Origin: Myxococcales bacterium
GTDB taxonomy: Bacteria; Myxococcota; Myxococcia; Myxococcales; JAKAPL01
Assembly (NCBI GenBank): GCA_021783235.1
Contig: JAJXUD010000009.1
Span: forward strand, 1,911 to 65,910
Length of the DNA: 64,000 nucleotides
Direction of reading: 5' to 3'
Shown here: positions 38,468 through 47,407 of the stretch, piece by piece
Layout of the letters: each line of letters begins with the position of its first letter
Position numbering within the stretch: the first letter of the stretch is position 1
Notes under the pieces: generated by a model
Databases searched by the model: none
Seen by the model: the letters and a program-made list of their open reading frames with translations, nothing else
What the model was told of the DNA's origin: nothing
Made by a program: the position numbers and the translations under genes

Positions 38468-39190
38468 ATGGCAGACGTTCGCATCGAGAGCGCGGGGGGA
38501 GAGCTGAGCGCGTACGTGGCCACGCCCGCCGGCCCGCCGCCCTGGCCGGGGGTGGTGCTGCTCCACGACGTGTTCGGGATGAGCGAGGTCCTTCGGCACC
38601 ACGCCGACTGGCTCGCGAGCGAGGGCTACCTCGCCGCCGCCCCGAACCTCTTCCGCTCGGGGGGCAAGATCAGCTGCATCCGGGCCGCCCTTCGCGACAC
38701 CGCCGCCGGCCGCGGGCCGACGTTCGACGATGTCGAGGCGACGCGCCGCTGGCTGGTCGCGCAGGCCGGCTGCAGCGGCCGGGTCGGCGCCATCGGCTTC
38801 TGCCTCGGCGGCGGCTTCGCCCTCCTGCTCGCCGCGAACCACGGCTTCTCGGTCTCGTGCAGCAACTACGGGAGGCTCCCGAAGGACGCCGAGGCCGCCC
38901 TGGAGGGCGCCTGCCCCATCGTCGGCAGCTACGGCGGCAAGGACCGCGGGCTGCGCGGGGCGGCGGCCCGCCTCGAGGCGATCCTCGAGGCGAAGGGCGT
39001 GCCCCACGACGTCAAGGAGTACCCGGGCGCGGGCCACTCGTTCCTGGACGACTTCACGATGGGCGGCGTCCCGAAGCCGCTCCTCGTGCTGATGAAGCTC
39101 ATGGGCACCGGCTACCAAGAGGCCGCCGCGGCCGACGCGCGGCGGCGCATCGTCGCCTTCTTCGACGCCCAGCTGAAGGCGGCGGGATAG
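38468..39190 (+). CDS. dienelactone hydrolase family protein
   Basis: GVVLLHDVFGMS..., nucleophile region IGFCLGGGFAL, and C-terminal YPGAGHSF. Confidence 0.8.
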   Translation: MADVRIESAGGELSAYVATPAGPPPWPGVVLLHDVFGMSEVLRHHADWLASEGYLAAAPNLFRSGGKISCIRAALRDTAAGRGPTFDDVEATRRWLVAQAGCSGRVGAIGFCLGGGFALLLAANHGFSVSCSNYGRLPKDAEAALEGACPIVGSYGGKDRGLRGAAARLEAILEAKGVPHDVKEYPGAGHSFLDDFTMGGVPKPLLVLMKLMGTGYQEAAAADARRRIVAFFDAQLKAAG

Positions 39191-39286
39191 CCCGCCGCGG
39201 CCTCGGCGATCCGCGCCTCGCCTCGATGCCTCGCCTCGTCGATCGAAGCGTGGCGCGCGTCGGGCCGGGAAGTTAAGCTCGAGGCC

Positions 39287-39898
39287 ATGGCCACGACGCT
39301 CGAACTCTTCTTCGACTACGCCTGACCCTGGTGCTACCTGAGCACGGTCCGTGCTCGACGGCTCATCCAGGCCTACGACCTGGCGCCGCGCCTTCGCGCC
39401 TACCCCTTGCACCCGGAGCTGCCGGTCGGCGGGGTGGCGCTCGCCGACCTCTTCCGGGGGCGCGGCATCGACCTCGGTGCGGCCCACGCCCGCCTGAAGA
39501 GGCTCATGGACGCCGAGGGGCTGCCGTTCGAGCCGCGCGAGCGGACCTACGGCACGCGGCTCGCCCAGGAGCTCGGCAAGTGGGGCGAGCGGCAGGGCAA
39601 GCCCGAGATCCACGACGCGCTCTACCGCGCGGTCTTCGTCGAGGGCGCGGCGGTCGACCGGCCCGAGACGCTCGTCCGGGTCGCCGAAGGGGTGGGCCTC
39701 GACCCGGTCGAGGCCGCCCGGATCCTCGAGGCGCAGAGCCTCTCGGACGAGGTCGACGCCGACTGGAAGCGGGCCCGGGAGCTCGGCGTCACCGGGGTCC
39801 CGACCTTCGTCGCGGGCGGCGAGGCCGTGGTCGGCGCCCAGCCCTACGAGCTGCTCGAAGAGCTCGTCCGCGCGGCGGGCGCGCAGCCGCGCCGCTGA
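39287..39898 (+). CDS. DsbA/FrnE-family thiol oxidoreductase with in-frame TGA at the first redox Cys (candidate selenoprotein, UxxC)
   Basis: ATG 39287 gives MATTLELFFDYA-TGA-PWCYLSTVRARRL.... The TGA (39323-39325) sits exactly where the family has the first Cys of the CPWC motif. The frame stays open to 39898. The C-terminus GVTGVPTFVAGGEAVVGAQPYE is typical of DsbA-FrnE. A SECIS-like hairpin follows the TGA. Confidence 0.7.
39340..39356 (+). promoter_or_regulatory. candidate bacterial SECIS hairpin
   Basis: GAGCACG-GTC-CGTGCTC is a perfect 7-bp stem starting 14 nt after the TGA codon. The apical sequence GGUC(C) begins ~23 nt after the U of UGA, resembling the GGUC apical loop of E. coli fdhF SECIS. 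Confidence 0.55.
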
Positions 39899-39908
39899 AG
39901 GGCGCCCG

Positions 39909-40112
39909 CTAGTTCGGCGAGGTGCAGCAGATCGGCGTGCCCGCGTCGGCGTTGCAGGTCGGGTACATCGCCTGCATCTCCTGAACGGAGGTCACGGGGG
40001 CGGTCCCCGAGGGGCACTGCGCGCCCTCGGCGACGCAGGCGTTGCAGGTCTTCGGGTTGCACGCCCCGAGCGCCAACAGCGCGACCGCGAATCCAGCGAA
40101 CCAGCTCTTCAT
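39909..40112 (-). CDS. small Cys-rich lipoprotein
   Basis: MKSWFAGFAVALLALGAC lipobox preceded by a GGAGGAGG RBS. There are 7 further Cys in a 49-aa mature part. Confidence 0.55.
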   Translation of the reverse strand: MKSWFAGFAVALLALGACNPKTCNACVAEGAQCPSGTAPVTSVQEMQAMYPTCNADAGTPICCTSPN

Positions 40113-40163
40113 CAGAAACCTCCTCCTTCGTGGGACCAAGAGAGCCTGGAAGGCCACTCACCG

Positions 40164-40781
40164 TCAACCCGTCGACCTCGCGGGGCGCCAGCCGAAGCCG
40201 ATCGCCCCGATGCCGACGGCCGCGGCGGCCATCGCGAGCCCGGTGACGACGTGGAGCCAGTAGCCGAACGTCACGCGCCGCCGCAGCGACTCGCGGACCG
40301 CCGGGTCGCACTCCGGGTGGGTGAAGCTGATGCCGCCCTCGGCGCCGGGCGGCGCTCCCTTCATGAGCTCCTGGAGCGGGATCTTGGTCCAGCCCGAGAT
40401 CCCGGGCGAGAGGACGTGCCACGGCTCCTTCTGCCCCGACAGGTCGGCCGCCAGGTAGCCCACGAGCGCCGCCGCCGAGAGGACGAAGGTCGCCCATCGC
40501 CGGCGACTCTGGCTCGATCGCTGGCCGGCGGCGGCGCCAAAGGCGATCGCGACGCCGACGCCGGCGACGACGACCCAGTTCGCGAGGGTGTGGAGGCGGC
40601 GAACCCGGGCGTCGTGGAGGGCCCGGTCGATCGAGATCTGGAGGCTCTGATCGCAGAAGGTCCCCGGGCGAACGTCCTTCATCAGGAGCAGTCCGCTGAC
40701 GGTCGCCGGGAGCGCCGCGCCGGCAATGGCGAGCCCGAGAAGCGGCCCGAGCCAGAAGGGGGCCTTCGCCTTCAGATCCAC
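40164..40781 (-). CDS. membrane protein of unknown function
   Basis: 205 aa with ~4 hydrophobic segments. Overlaps the stop of the P-II-like gene by 10 nt, so it is probably co-transcribed with the RND operon. Confidence 0.55.
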   Translation of the reverse strand: MDLKAKAPFWLGPLLGLAIAGAALPATVSGLLLMKDVRPGTFCDQSLQISIDRALHDARVRRLHTLANWVVVAGVGVAIAFGAAAGQRSSQSRRRWATFVLSAAALVGYLAADLSGQKEPWHVLSPGISGWTKIPLQELMKGAPPGAEGGISFTHPECDPAVRESLRRRVTFGYWLHVVTGLAMAAAAVGIGAIGFGWRPARSTG

Positions 40782-41059
40782 TGCTCGGTGCTCCAGGCGA
40801 AGGCGCGCAGCACCTGGTGGGGGCTCGTGCCCTGGATCTCGTCGAGGGCGGCGTGGACCTGCTCGGCCTTCAGCTCGTCGACGCCGACGAGCAGCGCGCA
40901 GTTGAGGCCCGGGAAGGCGCTGGTGTTGGCGTGCGACCGGCTCTCCCCCCGTCCGAGCACCTTCGGGATGAGCGTGTAGGTCTTCGCCCCCGCGCCCTCG
41001 AGCGCGCGGGTCACCATCGAGACGTCGACCTCGTCGCAGATGATCAGGATGAGCTTCAT
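40772..41059 (-). CDS. P-II-like small protein (nitrogen-regulatory P-II superfamily fold suggested)
   Basis: 95 aa. MKLILIICDEVDVSMVTRALEGAGAKTYTLIPKVLGRGE matches the beta-alpha-beta start and T-loop-like region of P-II-like proteins. Confidence 0.5.
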   Translation of the reverse strand: MKLILIICDEVDVSMVTRALEGAGAKTYTLIPKVLGRGESRSHANTSAFPGLNCALLVGVDELKAEQVHAALDEIQGTSPHQVLRAFAWSTEQWI

Positions 41060-41072
41060 GACGTCACCGCCT

Positions 41073-42509
41073 TCACTGTTGAATCGGGCTGCTGATCGCG
41101 AGATCGAGGAACGCCCTCGCCCGCCCGGCCTGGTACCTCGAGCGGACGTCCTGGTCCTCGGCCGAGACCGCGGTCGCCTGGGCGATGATGAGGTCGAGGA
41201 TGGAGCCGAGGCCGTTGTTGTAGCGTCCCTCCACGACGTGAAGCTGCTCCTCGGCCGCCTGCTGGTTCGCGTCCGCGGCGGCGACGGCCTCGAGCGCCGA
41301 CTTGAAGTCGACGAACGCCTCGCGGACCTGCTCGATGATCTTGAGCTTCAGCTCCTCCTGCTGCTGGACGACCTCCGAGAGCTTGGCCTGGGCCTCGCGC
41401 GCCTGGTGAGTCGTCAAGTAGCCCTCGAAGATCGGGATCGCGAGGACGGCGCCGATGTCCCAGTCGGGCACCGCGGAGATGGAGGTCGGCAGCCCCGGGT
41501 CGACGCCGGTCACCTCGATGCTGGCCTGCCCCCAGAGGCGGGGCAAGAACTCGGAGTTCACCTCCGCGACGGTGGCGTCCGACTGGCGGCGGCGGGCCTC
41601 GAGCTCCGCGTAGTCGGGTCGCTGGTGGTAGGCGAGGTCGAGGAGCGCCTCCTCCGTCTGGGGGATGTCGGCGGGGACCTCGCGGGGCGCGACGTCGATG
41701 TGCCGGCCGTGCTCTTCGCCGATCGCCTCGAGGAGCCGGACCCTCCCGATGCGAACCTCTGCCACGGCGCGCACGAGCTGGAGCTCGGCCTTCGTCACGT
41801 CCGCCTTCGCCTGGAGCTCGTCGACCGGCGGACGCAGGCCGTCCTTGACGGCCTCGTGCGCCCAGGTGAAGTGCTCCTTCGCCTCGGCGAGCATCTTCTC
41901 GGCGGTGACGTTCAGGGCCTTGCCGGCGAGGAGGCCGTAGTAGGCGCTGCGGATCTGGTAGAGCACCGCCTCGGCCACCACCGACTGGTCGGCGGTGGCG
42001 GCGTCGAGGCCGGCCTCGGCGACCCGCAGGCCGTTCGCCCGCCGGCCGAAGTCGTAGATGTCGTACTGGGCGACGACCGCGCCGGTGTAGCTGTCGTTCG
42101 AGCCCCAGGAGAGCGGAGGCTCCTGGAAGCCCGAGAGCTGGCCCGCCGGGACCCGGGTCCCGTCGACCGAGGAGTAGCCGCCGATGCTCGGGAACCAGGG
42201 GACGGAGAGGAAGGTCGAGACGCTGTTGTTGTAGGTCGCCCGGACGTACTCGGCGTAGGCGTTGACGGTCGGGAGGTAGGGCGCGAACGCCTCGCCCTTG
42301 CGCTCCTTCGCGGCCCTCGTCGCCTCGATGGACGCCTTGATCCGCGGCTGGTTCGCGAGGCCGATCTTCTCGAGCTCCTCGAGCGTGTAGAGGTGGCCCG
42401 CCTGCAGCGTGGGCGGGCCCGGCGTCTCCTCGGCCGACAGCGGCATCGCGACCGCGAGCAGCGGACAGGCCAACAGGGCTGCCATCCTCGGAAAGTTCCG
42501 TGAGGTCAT
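41073..42509 (-). CDS. TolC-family outer membrane efflux protein
   Basis: 478 aa with a signal peptide and two repeated alpha-helical/beta halves typical of OEP proteins. Overlaps the RND gene stop by 4 nt. Confidence 0.8.
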   Translation of the reverse strand: MTSRNFPRMAALLACPLLAVAMPLSAEETPGPPTLQAGHLYTLEELEKIGLANQPRIKASIEATRAAKERKGEAFAPYLPTVNAYAEYVRATYNNSVSTFLSVPWFPSIGGYSSVDGTRVPAGQLSGFQEPPLSWGSNDSYTGAVVAQYDIYDFGRRANGLRVAEAGLDAATADQSVVAEAVLYQIRSAYYGLLAGKALNVTAEKMLAEAKEHFTWAHEAVKDGLRPPVDELQAKADVTKAELQLVRAVAEVRIGRVRLLEAIGEEHGRHIDVAPREVPADIPQTEEALLDLAYHQRPDYAELEARRRQSDATVAEVNSEFLPRLWGQASIEVTGVDPGLPTSISAVPDWDIGAVLAIPIFEGYLTTHQAREAQAKLSEVVQQQEELKLKIIEQVREAFVDFKSALEAVAAADANQQAAEEQLHVVEGRYNNGLGSILDLIIAQATAVSAEDQDVRSRYQAGRARAFLDLAISSPIQQ

Positions 42510-45500
42510 TCATCCGCTCCTGCGGGGCTCGCCGACCCTTCGGGGGGGAGCTCGAAGCTCGTGTCCCGCAGGATGGGGTCGAGCTCGACCGGCTTCTCGT
42601 ACTTCGCCGTCAGCTCGTACATCGCGGGCACGACGAAGAGGGTGAGGAACGTCGAGACGGAGAGGCCGCCGATGACCGCGCGGGCGAGCGGCATGTTCGC
42701 CTCGCTGCCGACCTCGAGGCCGAGCGCCACCGGCATCAGTCCGGCGACGGTCGCGATGGCGGTCATGACGATGGGGCGCAGCCGCGTGCGGCCGGCCTTC
42801 ACGACGGCCTCGTGGACTCCGAGCCCCCGCTCGCGCAGCACCTTCGCGAAGTCCACGAGCAAGACCGAGTTCGAGACCACGATGCCGACCATCATGATGA
42901 TGCCCATGAAGGATTCGATGTTGAAGGTCGTGTGGCTCGCCCAGAGGGTGATGAAGACTCCGGTGAGGCCGAGCGGGACCGCCAGCATGATGACGAGCGG
43001 CGAGAGGAGCGATTTGAACTGCGACGCCATGAGCATGTAGATGAACATGAGCGCCATGGCGAGCATCCCGCCGAGGCCGCCGAAGGTCTGCTTCTGCTGC
43101 CGGACCTGAGCGCCGTAGCGGAGCTCGAAGCCCTTCGGCAGGTGGATCTTCTCGGCGAAGGCCTTGCGCAGCTCCGCGGTGACGTCGCCGAGGTCGCGCC
43201 CGACGTTGTTCGCCGAGATGTAGATCACCCGCTCGAGGTAGCGCCGCTCGATCTGGATGGGGCCCTCGCTCCGGCGAATCTTCGCCATGTTGGCGAGGTA
43301 GAGCGCCTGGCCGTTCTTCTGGTTCGTGACGAAGGTCTGGCGGAGGTCGTTGATGTGGCTTCGCCAGGGGTCGTCGTACTGGGTGACGAGGTAGTAGGCG
43401 TTCCCTGTCTTGGGATCCACCCAGACGCCGGGGGTGTTGATGTTCCCGTTCGACATGTCGAGGAGCGCCTGGGCGACCTGGCTCTCGGAGAAGCCCATCA
43501 TGGCCGACTTGGTCCGGTCGATGTCGACGTCGAACTCGGGGTAGTCGTCCTCCCGGCTGATCCGGACGTCCTTGAGCCCGGGGGTGTGCCGCATGATGTA
43601 GCCGATCTCCTCGGCGTACTTGTGGCCGATCTCGAAGTCGTCGCCGACGAGCTCCATCGTGATCGGCGCCATCGCGCCGAAGTTCATGACGCCGCTCACG
43701 AGGCCGCCCGGCTGGAAGGTGAACTGAACGCCCGGGAAGGCGTCGTGGAGCGGCTTGCGGAGCATGGCGACGACCTGGGCCTGGGTCACCTCGCGCTTGT
43801 CGGGATCGCTGAGGCCGATCTGGACGAAGCCCGAGTGCGGGCCGGTGTTGACGGCGTAGATCGCCGCGCGGCCCTGCACGGGGATGCCGATGTTCGACAG
43901 CAGCATCTCGAGCGCGTTCTTCGGGAGGACCTCGCGGATCTTGTCCTCGATCTTCCCGAAGATCTTGTCGGCCTCCTCGATTCGGGTCCCGATGGGGGTC
44001 CGGACGTTCAAGGTGATCGTGCTCTCGTCGGTCGAGGGGAAGAACTCGGAGCCGATGAACGGGATGAGGAAGCACGAGGCGACGAAGCCGCCGAAGACCA
44101 CGGTCAGGATCATCCCGCGCCGCGCGAGGACCCACTCGAGGGTGCCCTCGTACTTCTCGTCGAGCCAGTGGAGCATCCGCTCGCAGTGGTAGAAGAAGCG
44201 CGGGAAGAACCAGGGGGAGCTGGCCGTGTAGGGGTCGTGCCTGCGCAAGAACGTCATGCAAGCGACGGGGGTGACGAGCTGGCTGACCGCGTAGGAGGCG
44301 AGCATCGAGAACGAGACGGCGAGCGCCAGCGGGGTGAAGAGCTTCTTCGCCATGCCCTCGAGGAAGATGACGGGGACGAAGACCGCGATGGTGGTCAGGG
44401 TCGAGATGAGGACGGCGAGCGCGACCTCCTGCCGGCCCTTGAGCGCCGCCTCCGCCGGTCGCTCGCCCTCCTCGAGGTGGCGGTTGATGTTCTCGGTGTC
44501 GACGACCGAGTCGTCCACGAGGCGCCCGAGCGCGAGCGTCAGCCCGCCGAGCGTGAAGTTGTTGATGGTGTTCCCCGTGAAGTAGAGGACCACCATGGCG
44601 GCGGCCATGGAGAGGGGGACGGCGATCGAGACGATGAGCGTGCTGCGCCAGCTCTGCAGGAAGAGCAGGATCACGAGGATGACGAGCAGAAGCCCCTGGA
44701 CCACCTCGTGCTCGAGCCCCGCGATGGCCTCGCGGATGAACTTCGACTGGTCGAACACGACGTGGAGCTCGAGGCCGGGGGGAAGGCCGACGAGGTGCGG
44801 GATGGCCGCCTTGACCTCGTCCACGATGGCGATCGTGTTTCCGCCCGGCTGCTTGAGGACGTTCAGGTAGACGGCGTACTTGCTGTTCGCCCGGACGATC
44901 TGGGTCTGGATGGCGAAGCCGTCCTCGGCGCGCCCGATGTCCTGGAGCCGGACCGGCGTCCCCGTCTTCTCGTTGTACTTGACGACGATGCCGTTCAGCT
45001 CGGTGGCGGCGTCCACGAGCGCGTTCGAGTAGAGGTTGTAGTCGATCTTCCCGATCTTGATGTCGCCCGCGGGCATCATCAAGTTTGCCTGGTTCGCGAT
45101 CCGCGAGAGCGAGAGCACGTCGACGCCCGCGGCCATGGCGCGGGGCCGGTTGACGAAGACGTTGATCTGCCGGACCTTGCCGCCGTTGACGGTGGCCGAG
45201 GCGACGCCGGCGAGGTGCTCGATCTGCGGCTCGATCGTGTTGAACGAGAGGTCGTAGAGCTGGGTCTGGTCGAGGCCGCCGCCCGAGACGGTGATGAGGC
45301 AGACCGGCTGGTTCGAGATGTCGTACTGGACGACGAAGGGAGGCAAGACGCCGAGCGATTTGGGCACGGCGGCCATGGCCATCTGGAGCTGGGCCATGAC
45401 CATGACCTCGCCGCCGGCGATGTCGGCCCCCCAGTTGAAGACGATCTGGATGATCGAGAGGCCGACCCGCGAGGTCGACTGGACGTAGCTCACGTCCGGG

Positions 45501-45715
45501 ACCGAGCTGATGTACTTCTCGAAGCGGTAGGTGATCGTCTTCTCGACGTCGCGGACGCTGAGGCCCGGGATCAGGGTCCCGACGAGCACGGCGGGGATCC
45601 CGAGGTTCGGGAAGAGATCGACCGGCATCCGCCGGACCGTGAGGTTGCCGAGCACCATCACGGCGATGCAGCACATCAAGATGGCGATTGGGTTTCGGAG
45701 CGCGAACCTGGTCAT
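42506..45715 (-). CDS. RND efflux permease (AcrB/CzcA superfamily)
   Basis: 1069 aa. N-terminus MTRFALRNPIAILMCCIAVMVLG...FPNLGIPAV. 12-TM architecture with two large periplasmic loops. Confidence 0.85.
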   Translation of the reverse strand: MTRFALRNPIAILMCCIAVMVLGNLTVRRMPVDLFPNLGIPAVLVGTLIPGLSVRDVEKTITYRFEKYISSVPDVSYVQSTSRVGLSIIQIVFNWGADIAGGEVMVMAQLQMAMAAVPKSLGVLPPFVVQYDISNQPVCLITVSGGGLDQTQLYDLSFNTIEPQIEHLAGVASATVNGGKVRQINVFVNRPRAMAAGVDVLSLSRIANQANLMMPAGDIKIGKIDYNLYSNALVDAATELNGIVVKYNEKTGTPVRLQDIGRAEDGFAIQTQIVRANSKYAVYLNVLKQPGGNTIAIVDEVKAAIPHLVGLPPGLELHVVFDQSKFIREAIAGLEHEVVQGLLLVILVILLFLQSWRSTLIVSIAVPLSMAAAMVVLYFTGNTINNFTLGGLTLALGRLVDDSVVDTENINRHLEEGERPAEAALKGRQEVALAVLISTLTTIAVFVPVIFLEGMAKKLFTPLALAVSFSMLASYAVSQLVTPVACMTFLRRHDPYTASSPWFFPRFFYHCERMLHWLDEKYEGTLEWVLARRGMILTVVFGGFVASCFLIPFIGSEFFPSTDESTITLNVRTPIGTRIEEADKIFGKIEDKIREVLPKNALEMLLSNIGIPVQGRAAIYAVNTGPHSGFVQIGLSDPDKREVTQAQVVAMLRKPLHDAFPGVQFTFQPGGLVSGVMNFGAMAPITMELVGDDFEIGHKYAEEIGYIMRHTPGLKDVRISREDDYPEFDVDIDRTKSAMMGFSESQVAQALLDMSNGNINTPGVWVDPKTGNAYYLVTQYDDPWRSHINDLRQTFVTNQKNGQALYLANMAKIRRSEGPIQIERRYLERVIYISANNVGRDLGDVTAELRKAFAEKIHLPKGFELRYGAQVRQQKQTFGGLGGMLAMALMFIYMLMASQFKSLLSPLVIMLAVPLGLTGVFITLWASHTTFNIESFMGIIMMVGIVVSNSVLLVDFAKVLRERGLGVHEAVVKAGRTRLRPIVMTAIATVAGLMPVALGLEVGSEANMPLARAVIGGLSVSTFLTLFVVPAMYELTAKYEKPVELDPILRDTSFELPPEGSASPAGADE

Positions 45716-45757
45716 CGTCGAAGAGGTCTCCGGTGCTGCCGGTGGTGGGGCCGCGAA

Positions 45758-46891
45758 TCAGTCGCTGATGGCTTTGCTGAGCGAGAAGTGCAGCGCCGTC
45801 GGCACCGGCTTCACGCGCTCCCCGAGCTTCACGAGGTCCCGCCCCGCGATCACGATGTCCTGGCTCGGATCGAGGCCGCTCGTGACCTGGACGAAGCGGC
45901 CGAGGTCGTAGCCGAGCTCCACGGGGGCCCGCTCCATCCGGCCGTCCTTCACGGGGAAGACCGCCGCGCCGCGCGTGGAGGTCGCGAGGGCGGTGTCCGG
46001 GACGAGGATCGCCCCCTTGATGTGGCCGACGACCACCCGGACGTTCGCGTACATGCCGGATCGCAGCCCGCCGTCCTTGTTCGGGATGTCGGCCTCGAGG
46101 CGCATCGTCCGGGTGTCCGGGGCGACGGCCTGCGCGATGTAGGTGACGGTGCCCGGGAAGACCCGGGTCGGGAAGGCGTCGACCTGGATCTCCACCTCCT
46201 GGCCGATCTTCACGAGCGGGATGTCGTGCTCGATGACGTCGATGAAGACGCGCAAGGTGTCGATCTTCTGGACCAAGGCGACCGGGGGCCCCTGGGGCGA
46301 GATGTACTGGCCCGGGTCGAGCAGACGGTCGGTCGTGTAGCCGGTGAAGGGCGCCCGGATGTCGCAGAAGTCGAGGTAGACCTTCGCGAGGTTCTGCTGG
46401 TCCCTCGCGTGCTTGAGCTTCGCCTGCGCGACCTCGAGGGCGGTCTCCTGGTTGTCGAAGTCCTGCTGCGCGATCAGCTTGGACTTCAGCATCATCCCGT
46501 AGCGCTCGACGAGGAGCTCGTGGTTGTGCACCTCGGCGCTCGCCTCGGCGAGCTGCTCGCGGGCCTCCTCGAGCTTCTGGATGTAGGGCGACTTGTCGAT
46601 CGAGGCGAGGATCTGCCCCTTCTGGACGAACTGGCCGTTCTCGAAGTCGACGCTCGTCAGGTAGCCCGAGACGTCCTCCGGCACGGCGCGCTCCTGGAAG
46701 ATCGCCTGGACGTTCGCCGTGTACTGCAAGGAGATTGGGATGTCGGCCACCACCGGCTTCGCCACCTGGACCTGGGGGATCTCGCTCGTCTCCGCGCCCT
46801 TCGCCTCCTCGCCACCGTGGCAGCCGGTGAAGAAGGCGAGGGCGACGGCGAGCGTCGCGAAGAGGCGAATGGGGCTGAGAGAAGGGACCAT
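45758..46891 (-). CDS. RND efflux periplasmic adaptor (HlyD/MFP family) lipoprotein
   Basis: MVPSLSPIRLFATLAVALAFFTGC lipobox, GAGGAG RBS, biotinyl-lipoyl-like and beta-barrel segments. Confidence 0.8.
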   Translation of the reverse strand: MVPSLSPIRLFATLAVALAFFTGCHGGEEAKGAETSEIPQVQVAKPVVADIPISLQYTANVQAIFQERAVPEDVSGYLTSVDFENGQFVQKGQILASIDKSPYIQKLEEAREQLAEASAEVHNHELLVERYGMMLKSKLIAQQDFDNQETALEVAQAKLKHARDQQNLAKVYLDFCDIRAPFTGYTTDRLLDPGQYISPQGPPVALVQKIDTLRVFIDVIEHDIPLVKIGQEVEIQVDAFPTRVFPGTVTYIAQAVAPDTRTMRLEADIPNKDGGLRSGMYANVRVVVGHIKGAILVPDTALATSTRGAAVFPVKDGRMERAPVELGYDLGRFVQVTSGLDPSQDIVIAGRDLVKLGERVKPVPTALHFSLSKAISD

Positions 46892-47012
46892 CGGGGCAAC
46901 TCCTCGGGCTCGGGTGAGCCGTCGATCGGAAACGACGAAGGAAAGGAGACGAATGTGAGGGGTCGACATTCAACCGGCGGCGGAGACTCACCGGCCGCGA
47001 GGGGCCGGCGGC

Positions 47013-47348
47013 CTAGATGCGGCGGATGGGCGGCGCTCGCCCTGGGGGTGGCGTGCTCGCGAGAACCGCGGCGGGTTCGAAGGCCGTCCTCTGTGGGGCG
47101 AGGTCGATTCGCAGCGGATGCCCGCTGGGGGCCGAAGCGTTCGCCTGCTCGCCGCCCGCGGTGACGAGCGCCCGCGTGGTGCTGCCGCCGACGCCGCTCT
47201 GCGTCGGCTGCTGCTCCTCGCGGCGGCGCTTGCCCACGTGGTGGAGCGCCAGCCGGTCCTCGTGGCGGGCCGCGCGCGCCTGTTGCACCCGCGTCTGGGC
47301 GGTGACGAACGAGGCGGAGAGCAGCCCGCAGAGGAGGAGGCGCACCAT
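47013..47348 (-). CDS. small secreted protein (hypothetical)
   Basis: MVRLLLCGLLSASFVTAQT signal-like N-terminus and high third-position GC. No recognisable domain. Confidence 0.3.
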   Translation of the reverse strand: MVRLLLCGLLSASFVTAQTRVQQARAARHEDRLALHHVGKRRREEQQPTQSGVGGSTTRALVTAGGEQANASAPSGHPLRIDLAPQRTAFEPAAVLASTPPPGRAPPIRRI

Positions 47349-47407
47349 GACGCCGTCGTATCTACAACCCCCGCGTCTCCGCCGCAAGCCGAGACGCGCG
47401 GTGGGCC

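Noticed and set aside
39407-39898. Truncated 163-aa DsbA-like gene or pseudogene starting after the TGA
   Set aside because: This start would remove the thioredoxin-fold N-terminus and the redox motif. The upstream frame, the position of the TGA exactly at the CxxC cysteine, and the downstream hairpin favour Sec read-through. The pseudogene alternative is not fully excluded.
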